Below, piece after piece: positions 48,379 to 55,877 of a stretch of DNA of 64,000 nucleotides; positions within the stretch are counted from its first letter, which is position 1; the number at the start of each line of letters is the position of its first letter. The DNA lies in assembly GCA_036556145.1 (NCBI GenBank), contig DATBKB010000013.1, forward strand, positions 1,951 through 65,950, in the 5' to 3' direction. Below the pieces are notes generated by a model that saw only the letters and a list, made by a program, of their open reading frames with translations, searched no databases and was not told the origin of the DNA. This DNA is from Candidatus Limnocylindrales bacterium (GTDB lineage Bacteria; Chloroflexota; Limnocylindria; Limnocylindrales; CSP1-4). The translations under genes were made by a program, and so were the position numbers.

Positions 48379-50193
48379 TTACGGGGCCGGCGGTGGTGTC
48401 AGGTCCGGCGTCGTGCGGCCGATCGTCACGACGATGTCGGCCCGGGCCGTCGGATCGGTGGCGGTGACGACGGTGACGCCGAGCAGCTCCTCGAGCGTCT
48501 TCACGGTGACCGGCATCTTCGTCTCGGCGCCGTTGTAGGCCGTGATCCGGGTGCCGCTGAGCGACGGCGGATCGGCCGGCTGGTTCGGTGCCGAGACCGT
48601 CATCCCGACGTAGTCGAGGTAGGCCGCGAGCCGCGACGCCTGGCCCGTCTCGCCCGAGGCGTTCAGGACCCAGACCGTGCCCTCCTCGGCGGCGAGCGCC
48701 TGCCGTCGGGCCTCGAACTCGGGATCGACCGTGAAGGCCTCGGCGACGGCGGCGCGGATCCGGCTGATGTTCGGGACGATGATGAACCCGGCGCCGGCGC
48801 GCGTGCCCTCGGTCCCGTAGCGCGGCGGGGCGAAGACGTACGAGCGCAGCGACTTCGTGTCGACGGACTCGGCGAGGCTGAGGAGCTGCGGGACGAGCTC
48901 CTGCGGGATGTCGGTCCGGACCGCCTCGGACAGCGCCGCGGCGAGGACGTTGATCCGCGGCAGGATGGTCGCGATGTCGACCGATTGCCGCAGCGACAGC
49001 AGGACGCGCTGCTGCCGCTGGCCGCGCTCGTAGTCGTTCGACGAGTACCGCGAGCGGGCGTAGACGAGCGCCTGGGCACCGTTCATGTGCTGGACGCCAA
49101 CGGGGATGTAGATGCGCCGGAGCGTCCCGTTGGCACCGGGGAACCGGTTGTCGGCCACCGGCACCTGGACATTGACCGTGATGCCGCCGAACGCGTCGAC
49201 GATCTTCGTGAAGCCGTCGAAGTTGACCTCGACGAAGTACTTGATGTCGATGTGGTACAGCTCGCCGAGCAGCGCCTTGATCCCGTTGTAGCCACGTGTC
49301 TGGGCCGTGCCCGGGAACAGGTCGGTCCGGTGCCGGGTGTTGATGAAGAAGCTGTTGATCTTGCCCCGGTAGACCGACCCGAAGAGGCGGCGGGCGTTCG
49401 GGGCGCTGGCCGGGATCGGCACGTCGACGGTGTCGCGCGGCAGGCTGAACATCGCGACCTGCTTCGTCACCGGATCGACTGACAGCACGATCAGCGTGTC
49501 GGTGTTGTGGCCGCCGCGCTGCTCGTCGGCGCCGATGAGGAGGATGTTCAGGCGCTCCGTGCCGTTCCACGGCGGGATGCTGGCATTCGGGAGCGCCGAG
49601 CCCTCGGGCGGCAGGCTGACGGTCGGCTCGGGCTCGTCGGACTCGATCGGCTCCTCGCTGCCGCTCGGATCGGGCGACGGCGACGCGCCCTGGCACTCGG
49701 CGTTGGGGTCGAGGAAGATGCAGCCAAGGGTGTTCATCGCGAGGACGTCGTAGCGGGCGACCGCGACGTGGCCGCCGGCCATGACGAGGATGACCGCGAG
49801 GAGCCCGGCGAACGAGAGCGGGTTGAAGGCGAGCCGCGGCCGGCCGCGGCGGTCGTCGAACCGGCCGCCGGTCGCGTACCACGCGTTGAGGTACGCGGTG
49901 ACCCGCCACGCGTCGATGATCGCGACGAGCCGGTAGACGAGCGCGATGAGGTTCGCGACGAAGACGCCCTGCAGCACCCCCGGAAGGAGGAGGTTGACGG
50001 CGAGGGTCCGGAGCTCGACCCGCGCGACGACGCCGGCGGCCAGCGCGAGCAGGAGGATCGGCAGGGCGGCGAACGCGAGCGCCCGCTGGTTGGCGCCCGC
50101 GTAGGCGTGGCCGAGACCCGGAAACAGGAGGGAGAGGAAGGCGGCGACGAACGGCGACCGCCGGCGCGGCGCGCCGTTCGAGCGGGACTGCAT
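48379..50193 (-). CDS. LytR-CpsA-Psr (LCP) family cell-envelope phosphotransferase with a multi-TM N-terminus and LytR_C-like C-terminus
   Basis: LNILLIGADEQRGGHNTDTLIVLSVDP...FSLPRDTVV...VNFDGFTKIVDAFGGITV...RSRYSSNDYERGQRQQ. Confidence 0.88.
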   Translation of the reverse strand: MQSRSNGAPRRRSPFVAAFLSLLFPGLGHAYAGANQRALAFAALPILLLALAAGVVARVELRTLAVNLLLPGVLQGVFVANLIALVYRLVAIIDAWRVTAYLNAWYATGGRFDDRRGRPRLAFNPLSFAGLLAVILVMAGGHVAVARYDVLAMNTLGCIFLDPNAECQGASPSPDPSGSEEPIESDEPEPTVSLPPEGSALPNASIPPWNGTERLNILLIGADEQRGGHNTDTLIVLSVDPVTKQVAMFSLPRDTVDVPIPASAPNARRLFGSVYRGKINSFFINTRHRTDLFPGTAQTRGYNGIKALLGELYHIDIKYFVEVNFDGFTKIVDAFGGITVNVQVPVADNRFPGANGTLRRIYIPVGVQHMNGAQALVYARSRYSSNDYERGQRQQRVLLSLRQSVDIATILPRINVLAAALSEAVRTDIPQELVPQLLSLAESVDTKSLRSYVFAPPRYGTEGTRAGAGFIIVPNISRIRAAVAEAFTVDPEFEARRQALAAEEGTVWVLNASGETGQASRLAAYLDYVGMTVSAPNQPADPPSLSGTRITAYNGAETKMPVTVKTLEELLGVTVVTATDPTARADIVVTIGRTTPDLTPPPAP

Positions 50194-50201
50194 CGACGCC
50201 G

Positions 50202-50207
50202 ATGATA
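50202..50207 (-). promoter_or_regulatory. putative -10 hexamer (TATCAT on the minus strand) for the LCP gene
   Basis: The minus strand reads TATCAT, then 8 nt, then the ATG at 50193. There is no Shine-Dalgarno. Confidence 0.4.
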
Positions 50208-50221
50208 GAGCGGCCCGACGC

Positions 50222-50227
50222 TAGACT
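50222..50227 (+). promoter_or_regulatory. putative -10 hexamer (TAGACT) for ileS
   Basis: gCTAGACT is followed by 8 nt (ttcggccg) and the ATG at 50236. There is no Shine-Dalgarno. Confidence 0.45.
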
Positions 50228-50235
50228 TTCGGCCG

Positions 50236-53200
50236 ATGCCCTCCCGTCCGGCCACCGCCGCCTTCCAGCCCGTCGACGCGCACCCCGACCTCGTCGCCCA
50301 GGAGCACGAGATCCTCGCCTGGTGGCGGGAGCGGGGCACGTTCGCTCGCCTGCGTGCCCAGAACGCCGGCGGCCCGCGCTGGAGCTTCCTCGACGGTCCG
50401 ATCACGGCGAACAACCCGATGGGCGTCCATCACGCCTGGGGCCGGACCTACAAGGACCTCTACCAGCGATTCCAGGCGATGCTCGGCAAGGACCAGCGGT
50501 ACCAGAACGGCTTCGACTGCCAGGGGCTGTGGGTCGAGGTGAACGTCGAGCGGGAGCTCGGCTTCACCAGCAAGCGCGACATCGAAGCCTTCGGCATCGC
50601 GCCGTTCGTCAGCCTCTGCAAGCAACGGGTCCTCACGTACGCCGCCCGCCAGACGGAGCAGTCGATCCGGCTCGGCATGTGGATGGACTGGGACGACCCG
50701 GACAGGCTGCGCGAGCTGCGCGACGCGCTGGCCGCGGACCCGTCAGCGGTGCTGACGATCCACGGACCCAACGGCCCGCTCACCGACACGGCCGAGATGC
50801 TCGTCGGCCGGCTGGGCCACCCCGAGCTCGGCGGCAGCTACTACACGTTCAGCAACGAGAACAACGACCTCATCTGGGGCTTCCTCGCCGCGTGCCACAA
50901 GCGCCGCTGGATCTACCGCGGCCACGACTCGATGCCGTGGTGCCCGCGCTGCGGGACCGGCATCTCGCAGATGGAGATGAACGAGGGCTACGCCGATCGC
51001 GAGGACCCCGGCCTGACCGTGCGGTTCCCGCTCGTCGATCGACCCGGCGAGGCGCTGCTCGTCTGGACGACGACGCCCTGGACGCTCGCCGCGAACGTCG
51101 CCGCGGCCGTGGGGCAGGACCTGCCGTACGTCCGCATCCGGCAGGGCGAGGACACGTTCTGGGTCGGCAAGGGGACGCTCAAGCAGGCGGTGTTCGGCCC
51201 GTTCGAGGTCCTCGAGGAGAAGCGCGGCGGGGACCTCGTCGGCTGGCGCTACACGGGCCCGTTCGACGACCTGCCGGCCGTCCGCGACGCCTTCGCGAAA
51301 GGCACCCGCGACCAACCGGCCACGCCGTACGAGCACCGCGTCGTGCCCTGGGCCGAGGTCGGCGAGGAGGAGGGGACCGGCATCGTCCACATCGCGCCCG
51401 GCGCCGGAGCCGAGGACTACCAGCTCGGCAAGGAGCTGGGCCTACCGGTGATCGGTCCGATCGACGAGGACGGTCGCTACTACGACGGATTCGGCTGGCT
51501 GAGCGGCAAGGAGGCGCCGAACGTCGCCGAGGCGATCATCGACAACCTCGAGCAGCGCGGGTTCTTCTATCACCTCGAGCCGTACTCGCATCGCTACCCA
51601 CACTGCTGGCGGTGCAACACACCGCTCCTCTTCCGGCTCGTCGACGAGTGGTACATCAGCATGGGCCCGGTCTACGACAAGCCTCGCGACCAACTGACGA
51701 AGGCCGAGGTCGAGGCGAGCCTGCGCTACCAGATCATGGAGGTCGTCGACCGCATCCGCTGGATCCCGTCGTTCGGCTACGAGCGGGAGCTCGACTGGCT
51801 CCTGAACATGCACGACTGGATGATCAGCAAGAAGCGGTACTGGGGACTGGCGCTCCCGATCTACGACTGTCGGAACTGCGGCACGTTCGACGTCATCGGC
51901 GGGCGCGAGGAGCTCCGGCGGCGGGCGGTCGACGGCTGGGAGCAGTTCGAGGGCCATACGCCGCACCGGCCGTACGTCGACGCCGTTCGCATCGCCTGTC
52001 CGACGTGCGGCGAGCCGGTGTCGCGGATTCCGGACGTCGGCAATCCGTGGCTCGACGCCGGGATCGTGCCGTACTCGACGCTCCACTACCGCGAGGACCC
52101 CGAGTACTGGAAGCAGTGGTTCCCGGCCGACTTCATCACCGAGAGCTTCCCCGGCCAGTTCCGCAACTGGTTCTACTCGATGCTCGCGATGTCGACGGTC
52201 CTCCGGCGGGAGGAGCCGTTCCGGACGATCCTCGGCTACGGGCTCGTCCTCGGCGAGGACGGCCGCCAGATGCACAAGAGCTGGGGCAACTCGATCGACT
52301 TCGATGAGGCCGCCGAGCGGATCGGCGTGGACGTCATGCGCTGGATGTTTGCCTCGGCCCGACCGGAGGAGAACGTCCTCTTCGGGTGGCACGCGGCCGA
52401 CGAGACGAGGCGGCGGCTGCTCATCCTCTGGAACGTCTATGCGTTCCTCGCGACGTATGCCCGCGTCGCCGGCTGGTCGCCCCGCCCAGGCGCGGTCGCC
52501 GGGACCGCGACCGAGCGTGCCGACCGGACGCCGCTCGACCGCTGGATCCTCTCCCGTGCCGCCGGCCTCGCCGGGGCGGCCGGCAAGGCGCTCGAGGACT
52601 TCGACGCGCTGACGGCCTCGCGCGAGGTCGAGCGCTTCGTCGACGACCTGTCGACGTGGTATCTCCGCCGCTCGCGGCGACGCCTGTCGCGCAACGACGA
52701 CCCGGCGGATCGGGACGTCGCGTTCTCGACGCTCCATGCCGCGCTCGTGTCGGTTGCACGCGTGCTGGCCCCGACGCTGCCGTTCCTGGCGGAGTCGATC
52801 TACCGGAACCTCGTCGCGACGGTCGACGCCGACGCTCCGGAGTCGGTTCACCTGACCCGCTGGCCGGCCGAGGAGCTGGCGCCGCTCCGCGACGAGCGAC
52901 TCGAAGGCGCGATGACGACGGCGCGCCGGGCCGTCGAGCTGGCACGAACGCTGCGGTCGGGTGCCGGCCTGAAGGTGCGCCAGCCACTTGCCCGGATGTG
53001 GCTCGCGCTACCGGGCGGCGACCTCCCCGAGCGTGACGCGCTGCTGGCCCTGGTCGCGGATGAGGTCAATGTCCGCTCGGTCGAGCTCATCGGCGACGAG
53101 TCGGAGCTCGTCGAGCGGCGCGTTCGGCCGCTGCTGCCGAAGATCGGCAAGCGCCTCGGCCCGGCGATCCCGGCGGTGATGACAGCCGCGAAGGAGGGTC

Positions 53201-53625
53201 GGTTCGAAATCCGGCCGGACGGCTCGGTCGAGATCGCCGGCCAGACGCTCGCTCCGGACGAGGTCGAGATCCTCGCCTCGCCCCGGCCCGGCACGGTCGT
53301 CGCCCACGACGTCGGCCTCGTCGTCGTGCTCGACACGGAGCTCACGCCGGACCTCATCGCCGAGGGCGACGCCCGCGAGCTCCAGCGGGCGATCCAGGAT
53401 CTTCGCAAGGAGGCGGGCCTCGCCCTCGACGACCGGATCGAGCTGTGGATCGACGCCCTGCCGCCGGCGGTTGCGGCCCATCGGGAGGCGATCGCGGCCG
53501 AGGTCCTCGCCGACACCGTTCACGACGGAGCGCCGCCGGAGGGCGACGACGTCCGCTCGGCCGATGTCGCGCTCTCCGCGGGCACGGTTCGGATCGCCTT
53601 GCGCCGCCGCGGGGGCGGCGGCTAG
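50236..53625 (+). CDS. ileS: isoleucine--tRNA ligase (long, type 2-like form)
   Basis: GPITANNPMGVHHAWG (HIGH-type), an editing domain, QMHKSWGN (KMSKS-type), a Cys cluster CPTCGE, and a long C-terminal extension. Confidence 0.96.
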   Translation: MPSRPATAAFQPVDAHPDLVAQEHEILAWWRERGTFARLRAQNAGGPRWSFLDGPITANNPMGVHHAWGRTYKDLYQRFQAMLGKDQRYQNGFDCQGLWVEVNVERELGFTSKRDIEAFGIAPFVSLCKQRVLTYAARQTEQSIRLGMWMDWDDPDRLRELRDALAADPSAVLTIHGPNGPLTDTAEMLVGRLGHPELGGSYYTFSNENNDLIWGFLAACHKRRWIYRGHDSMPWCPRCGTGISQMEMNEGYADREDPGLTVRFPLVDRPGEALLVWTTTPWTLAANVAAAVGQDLPYVRIRQGEDTFWVGKGTLKQAVFGPFEVLEEKRGGDLVGWRYTGPFDDLPAVRDAFAKGTRDQPATPYEHRVVPWAEVGEEEGTGIVHIAPGAGAEDYQLGKELGLPVIGPIDEDGRYYDGFGWLSGKEAPNVAEAIIDNLEQRGFFYHLEPYSHRYPHCWRCNTPLLFRLVDEWYISMGPVYDKPRDQLTKAEVEASLRYQIMEVVDRIRWIPSFGYERELDWLLNMHDWMISKKRYWGLALPIYDCRNCGTFDVIGGREELRRRAVDGWEQFEGHTPHRPYVDAVRIACPTCGEPVSRIPDVGNPWLDAGIVPYSTLHYREDPEYWKQWFPADFITESFPGQFRNWFYSMLAMSTVLRREEPFRTILGYGLVLGEDGRQMHKSWGNSIDFDEAAERIGVDVMRWMFASARPEENVLFGWHAADETRRRLLILWNVYAFLATYARVAGWSPRPGAVAGTATERADRTPLDRWILSRAAGLAGAAGKALEDFDALTASREVERFVDDLSTWYLRRSRRRLSRNDDPADRDVAFSTLHAALVSVARVLAPTLPFLAESIYRNLVATVDADAPESVHLTRWPAEELAPLRDERLEGAMTTARRAVELARTLRSGAGLKVRQPLARMWLALPGGDLPERDALLALVADEVNVRSVELIGDESELVERRVRPLLPKIGKRLGPAIPAVMTAAKEGRFEIRPDGSVEIAGQTLAPDEVEILASPRPGTVVAHDVGLVVVLDTELTPDLIAEGDARELQRAIQDLRKEAGLALDDRIELWIDALPPAVAAHREAIAAEVLADTVHDGAPPEGDDVRSADVALSAGTVRIALRRRGGGG

Positions 53626-53632
53626 GCTTCGA

Positions 53633-54265
53633 ATGGCGGCGCGGTCCGACCGGGACGGAGGCGACGAGCTGGACGAGGCGGCAACGACGGCAGGGACGCG
53701 CCGGGCGGCGCCGGGCACGATGTCCTTGGAGGCGACCGAGGGCGCCAGCCGCGTGGCGGCGACCCGGCCGCGGCCACGCTGGCGGCTGTTCGTCGGCCTC
53801 GCCGCGTTGGTCGTCGTCGCCGATCAGCTGGCGAAGGCGTGGATCGTCCAGAACGTCGATCCGGGGCGTCCGATTCGCGTCGTCGACGACTTCGTGCGAC
53901 TCGTCATCACGCACAACACCGGCGGCCTCTTCGGGATGTTCCGCGACTTCGCGCCGCTATTCGCGGTCGCGTCGATGGCCGTCATCGGGCTGATCGTCTG
54001 GTACCACTCGCGAGCGGGTGGCAGCCTCATCGTCTCGACGGCCCTCGGGCTGCTGCTCGGCGGGGCTCTCGGCAACCTCGCCGACCGGCTACGCCAGGGC
54101 TACGTCCTCGACTTCGTCGACGCCGGGATCGGGGACCTGCGCTGGTACACGTTCAACGTCGCCGACTCGGCGATCAGCTGCGCGCTGGTGCTGCTCGTGC
54201 TCGTCGCGCTTCGCCCGGGCCTGGCCGGCGAACCGACGCAGGAGGGTCGCTCGTCGCGTGACTGA
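53633..54265 (+). CDS. lspA: lipoprotein signal peptidase II
   Basis: VADQLAKAWI...ITHNTGGLFG...GGALGNLADRL...VLDFVD...FNVADSAI. The start is ambiguous between the ATGs at 53633 and 53720. Confidence 0.88.
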   Translation: MAARSDRDGGDELDEAATTAGTRRAAPGTMSLEATEGASRVAATRPRPRWRLFVGLAALVVVADQLAKAWIVQNVDPGRPIRVVDDFVRLVITHNTGGLFGMFRDFAPLFAVASMAVIGLIVWYHSRAGGSLIVSTALGLLLGGALGNLADRLRQGYVLDFVDAGIGDLRWYTFNVADSAISCALVLLVLVALRPGLAGEPTQEGRSSRD

Positions 54266-55208
54266 GCCGACGACCGCCGCGCCCGACGTTCGGACCCTCA
54301 CCGTGCCGGACGGGGCGGGCACGCTGCGGGTGGATCGGTTCGTCGCCGACGTGACCGGGCTGTCGCGCAGCTACGTCCAGCGCCTCATCTCCGACGGACG
54401 CCTGACCTCCGGTACGGAAGCGCTGAAGTCGAACGCGGTCGTCGGCCCCGGCACCCGGCTTCGCCTGGAGATCCCGCCCGCTGCGCCTGCGGCGATCGAG
54501 CCAGACGCCGGTATACCGCTCGCGGTCGTGTACGAGGACGCCGACCTGCTCGTCGTCGACAAGCCCGCTGGACTCGTGGTCCATCCCGCGCCGGGGCACG
54601 CGGCCGGGACACTCGTGAACGCGCTCCTCGCGCACCGCGACGACTTCGGCGGGATCGCCGGCGTGCAGCGTCCGGGCATCGTCCACCGCCTCGACCGCGA
54701 CACGAGCGGCCTGTTGATGGTCGCCAAGAACGACACGGCGCAGGCGGCGCTCATGGCCCAGCTCAAGGCGCGACGAATCAAGAAGACGTACCTCGCCCTC
54801 GTCCACGGGAACGTCGCGGCGGCGGTGGGACGGATCGAGGCGCCGATCGGGCGCGACCCGCGCCATCGGACGCGGATGGCGGTCGTCCCCGACGGGCGAC
54901 CGTCGATCACCGGCTATCGCGTCCGCGAACGGCTGCCCGGCTGGACGCTCCTCGAGGTCGACCTCGTCACGGGGCGAACGCACCAGATCCGGGTTCACCT
55001 CGCGGCGATCGGCCATCCGGTCGCGGGCGACCCGGTCTACGGCACCGGCACGTCTCGCCGCGGACCGGACGGGCTCGAGCGGTTGTTCCTCCACGCCTGG
55101 CGGCTCGAGCTCGCGTCGCCTTCGAGCGGCGACCTCATCCGGGCCCGGGCCGAGCTGCCGGCCGAGCTCGAGTCGGTGCTCGCGTCGCTGCGGTCGGGCG
55201 GGCGATGA
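54258..55208 (+). CDS. rluD: RluA-family 23S rRNA pseudouridine synthase (RluD-like)
   Basis: A GTG at 54258 overlaps lspA by 8 nt. S4 domain, then LVVDKPAGLVVHP and GIVHRLDRDTSGLLMVAK...GRTHQIRVH. Confidence 0.9.
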   Translation: MTEPTTAAPDVRTLTVPDGAGTLRVDRFVADVTGLSRSYVQRLISDGRLTSGTEALKSNAVVGPGTRLRLEIPPAAPAAIEPDAGIPLAVVYEDADLLVVDKPAGLVVHPAPGHAAGTLVNALLAHRDDFGGIAGVQRPGIVHRLDRDTSGLLMVAKNDTAQAALMAQLKARRIKKTYLALVHGNVAAAVGRIEAPIGRDPRHRTRMAVVPDGRPSITGYRVRERLPGWTLLEVDLVTGRTHQIRVHLAAIGHPVAGDPVYGTGTSRRGPDGLERLFLHAWRLELASPSSGDLIRARAELPAELESVLASLRSGGR

Positions 55209-55825
55209 GCGGCGAGACCGACCCGGCGCCCGGCGCGCTCCTCGTCATCATCTCGGGGCCGTCCGGGGTGGGGAAGGACACGATCATCGAGGCACTGAAG
55301 CGACGGCCCCACGAGCGCGACTACCACTACGTCGTCACGTGCACGACGCGTGCGCGGCGGCCCGGCGAGATCGACGGGGTGAGCTACCAGTTCCTCAGCC
55401 GCGATGAGTTCAAGGGGATGAAGGCTGCCGGCGAGTTCCTCGAGGCGAATGAGGTCCACGGCCACTGGTACGGGACGCCGCGCCGGCAGGTCCGCGACGC
55501 GCTGGCCTCCGGCCGCGACGTCATCCTGAAGATCGACGTGCAGGGCGCCCAGGTCGTGAAGGAGACGGTTCCCGAGGCCCTCCTGATCTTCCTCGTGCCG
55601 CCCTCGCTCGAGGACCTGTTCCACCGACTCCAGTCGCGGGCGACCGAATCGGTCGACGAGCTCGAGCTGCGCCAACGGAACGCTGCGCTCGAGCTCGCGC
55701 GCCAGGACGATTACGACCACGTCGTCCGCAATGAGACGGGCCAGGTCGAGCGGACGGCCGAGCGGATCGACGAGATCATCGCCGAGGAGCACCGGCGCCA
55801 CCCGGATCGGGTCGTGCGGCTGTAG
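55205..55825 (+). CDS. gmk: guanylate kinase
   Basis: ATGA overlap with rluD. ISGPSGVGKDT, TTRARRPGEIDGVSYQF and EANEVHGHWYGT are present. Confidence 0.95.
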   Translation: MSGETDPAPGALLVIISGPSGVGKDTIIEALKRRPHERDYHYVVTCTTRARRPGEIDGVSYQFLSRDEFKGMKAAGEFLEANEVHGHWYGTPRRQVRDALASGRDVILKIDVQGAQVVKETVPEALLIFLVPPSLEDLFHRLQSRATESVDELELRQRNAALELARQDDYDHVVRNETGQVERTAERIDEIIAEEHRRHPDRVVRL

Positions 55826-55865
55826 TCCTGCCGCTCCAGTCGTGCGGCCGTAGAGAGGCCGCTGC

Positions 55866-55871
55866 CAGAAT
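55866..55871 (+). promoter_or_regulatory. putative -10 hexamer (CAGAAT) of leaderless priA
   Basis: CAGAAT is followed by 6 nt (ggcggt) and the GTG at 55878. Confidence 0.35.
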
Positions 55872-55877
55872 GGCGGT

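Noticed and set aside
48073-49482. A 469-aa plus-strand ORF starting in the GT2/LCP intergenic region.
   Set aside because: It is antisense to the well-supported LCP gene for most of its length. Its intergenic part is the 10-bp repeat read as PKD-like peptide repeats.
53623-53628. TAGGCT (overlapping the ileS stop), considered as a leaderless -10 for lspA.
   Set aside because: Only 4 nt separate it from the ATG at 53633. That is too short for a transcription start at or before the start codon, so lspA is more likely co-transcribed with ileS.
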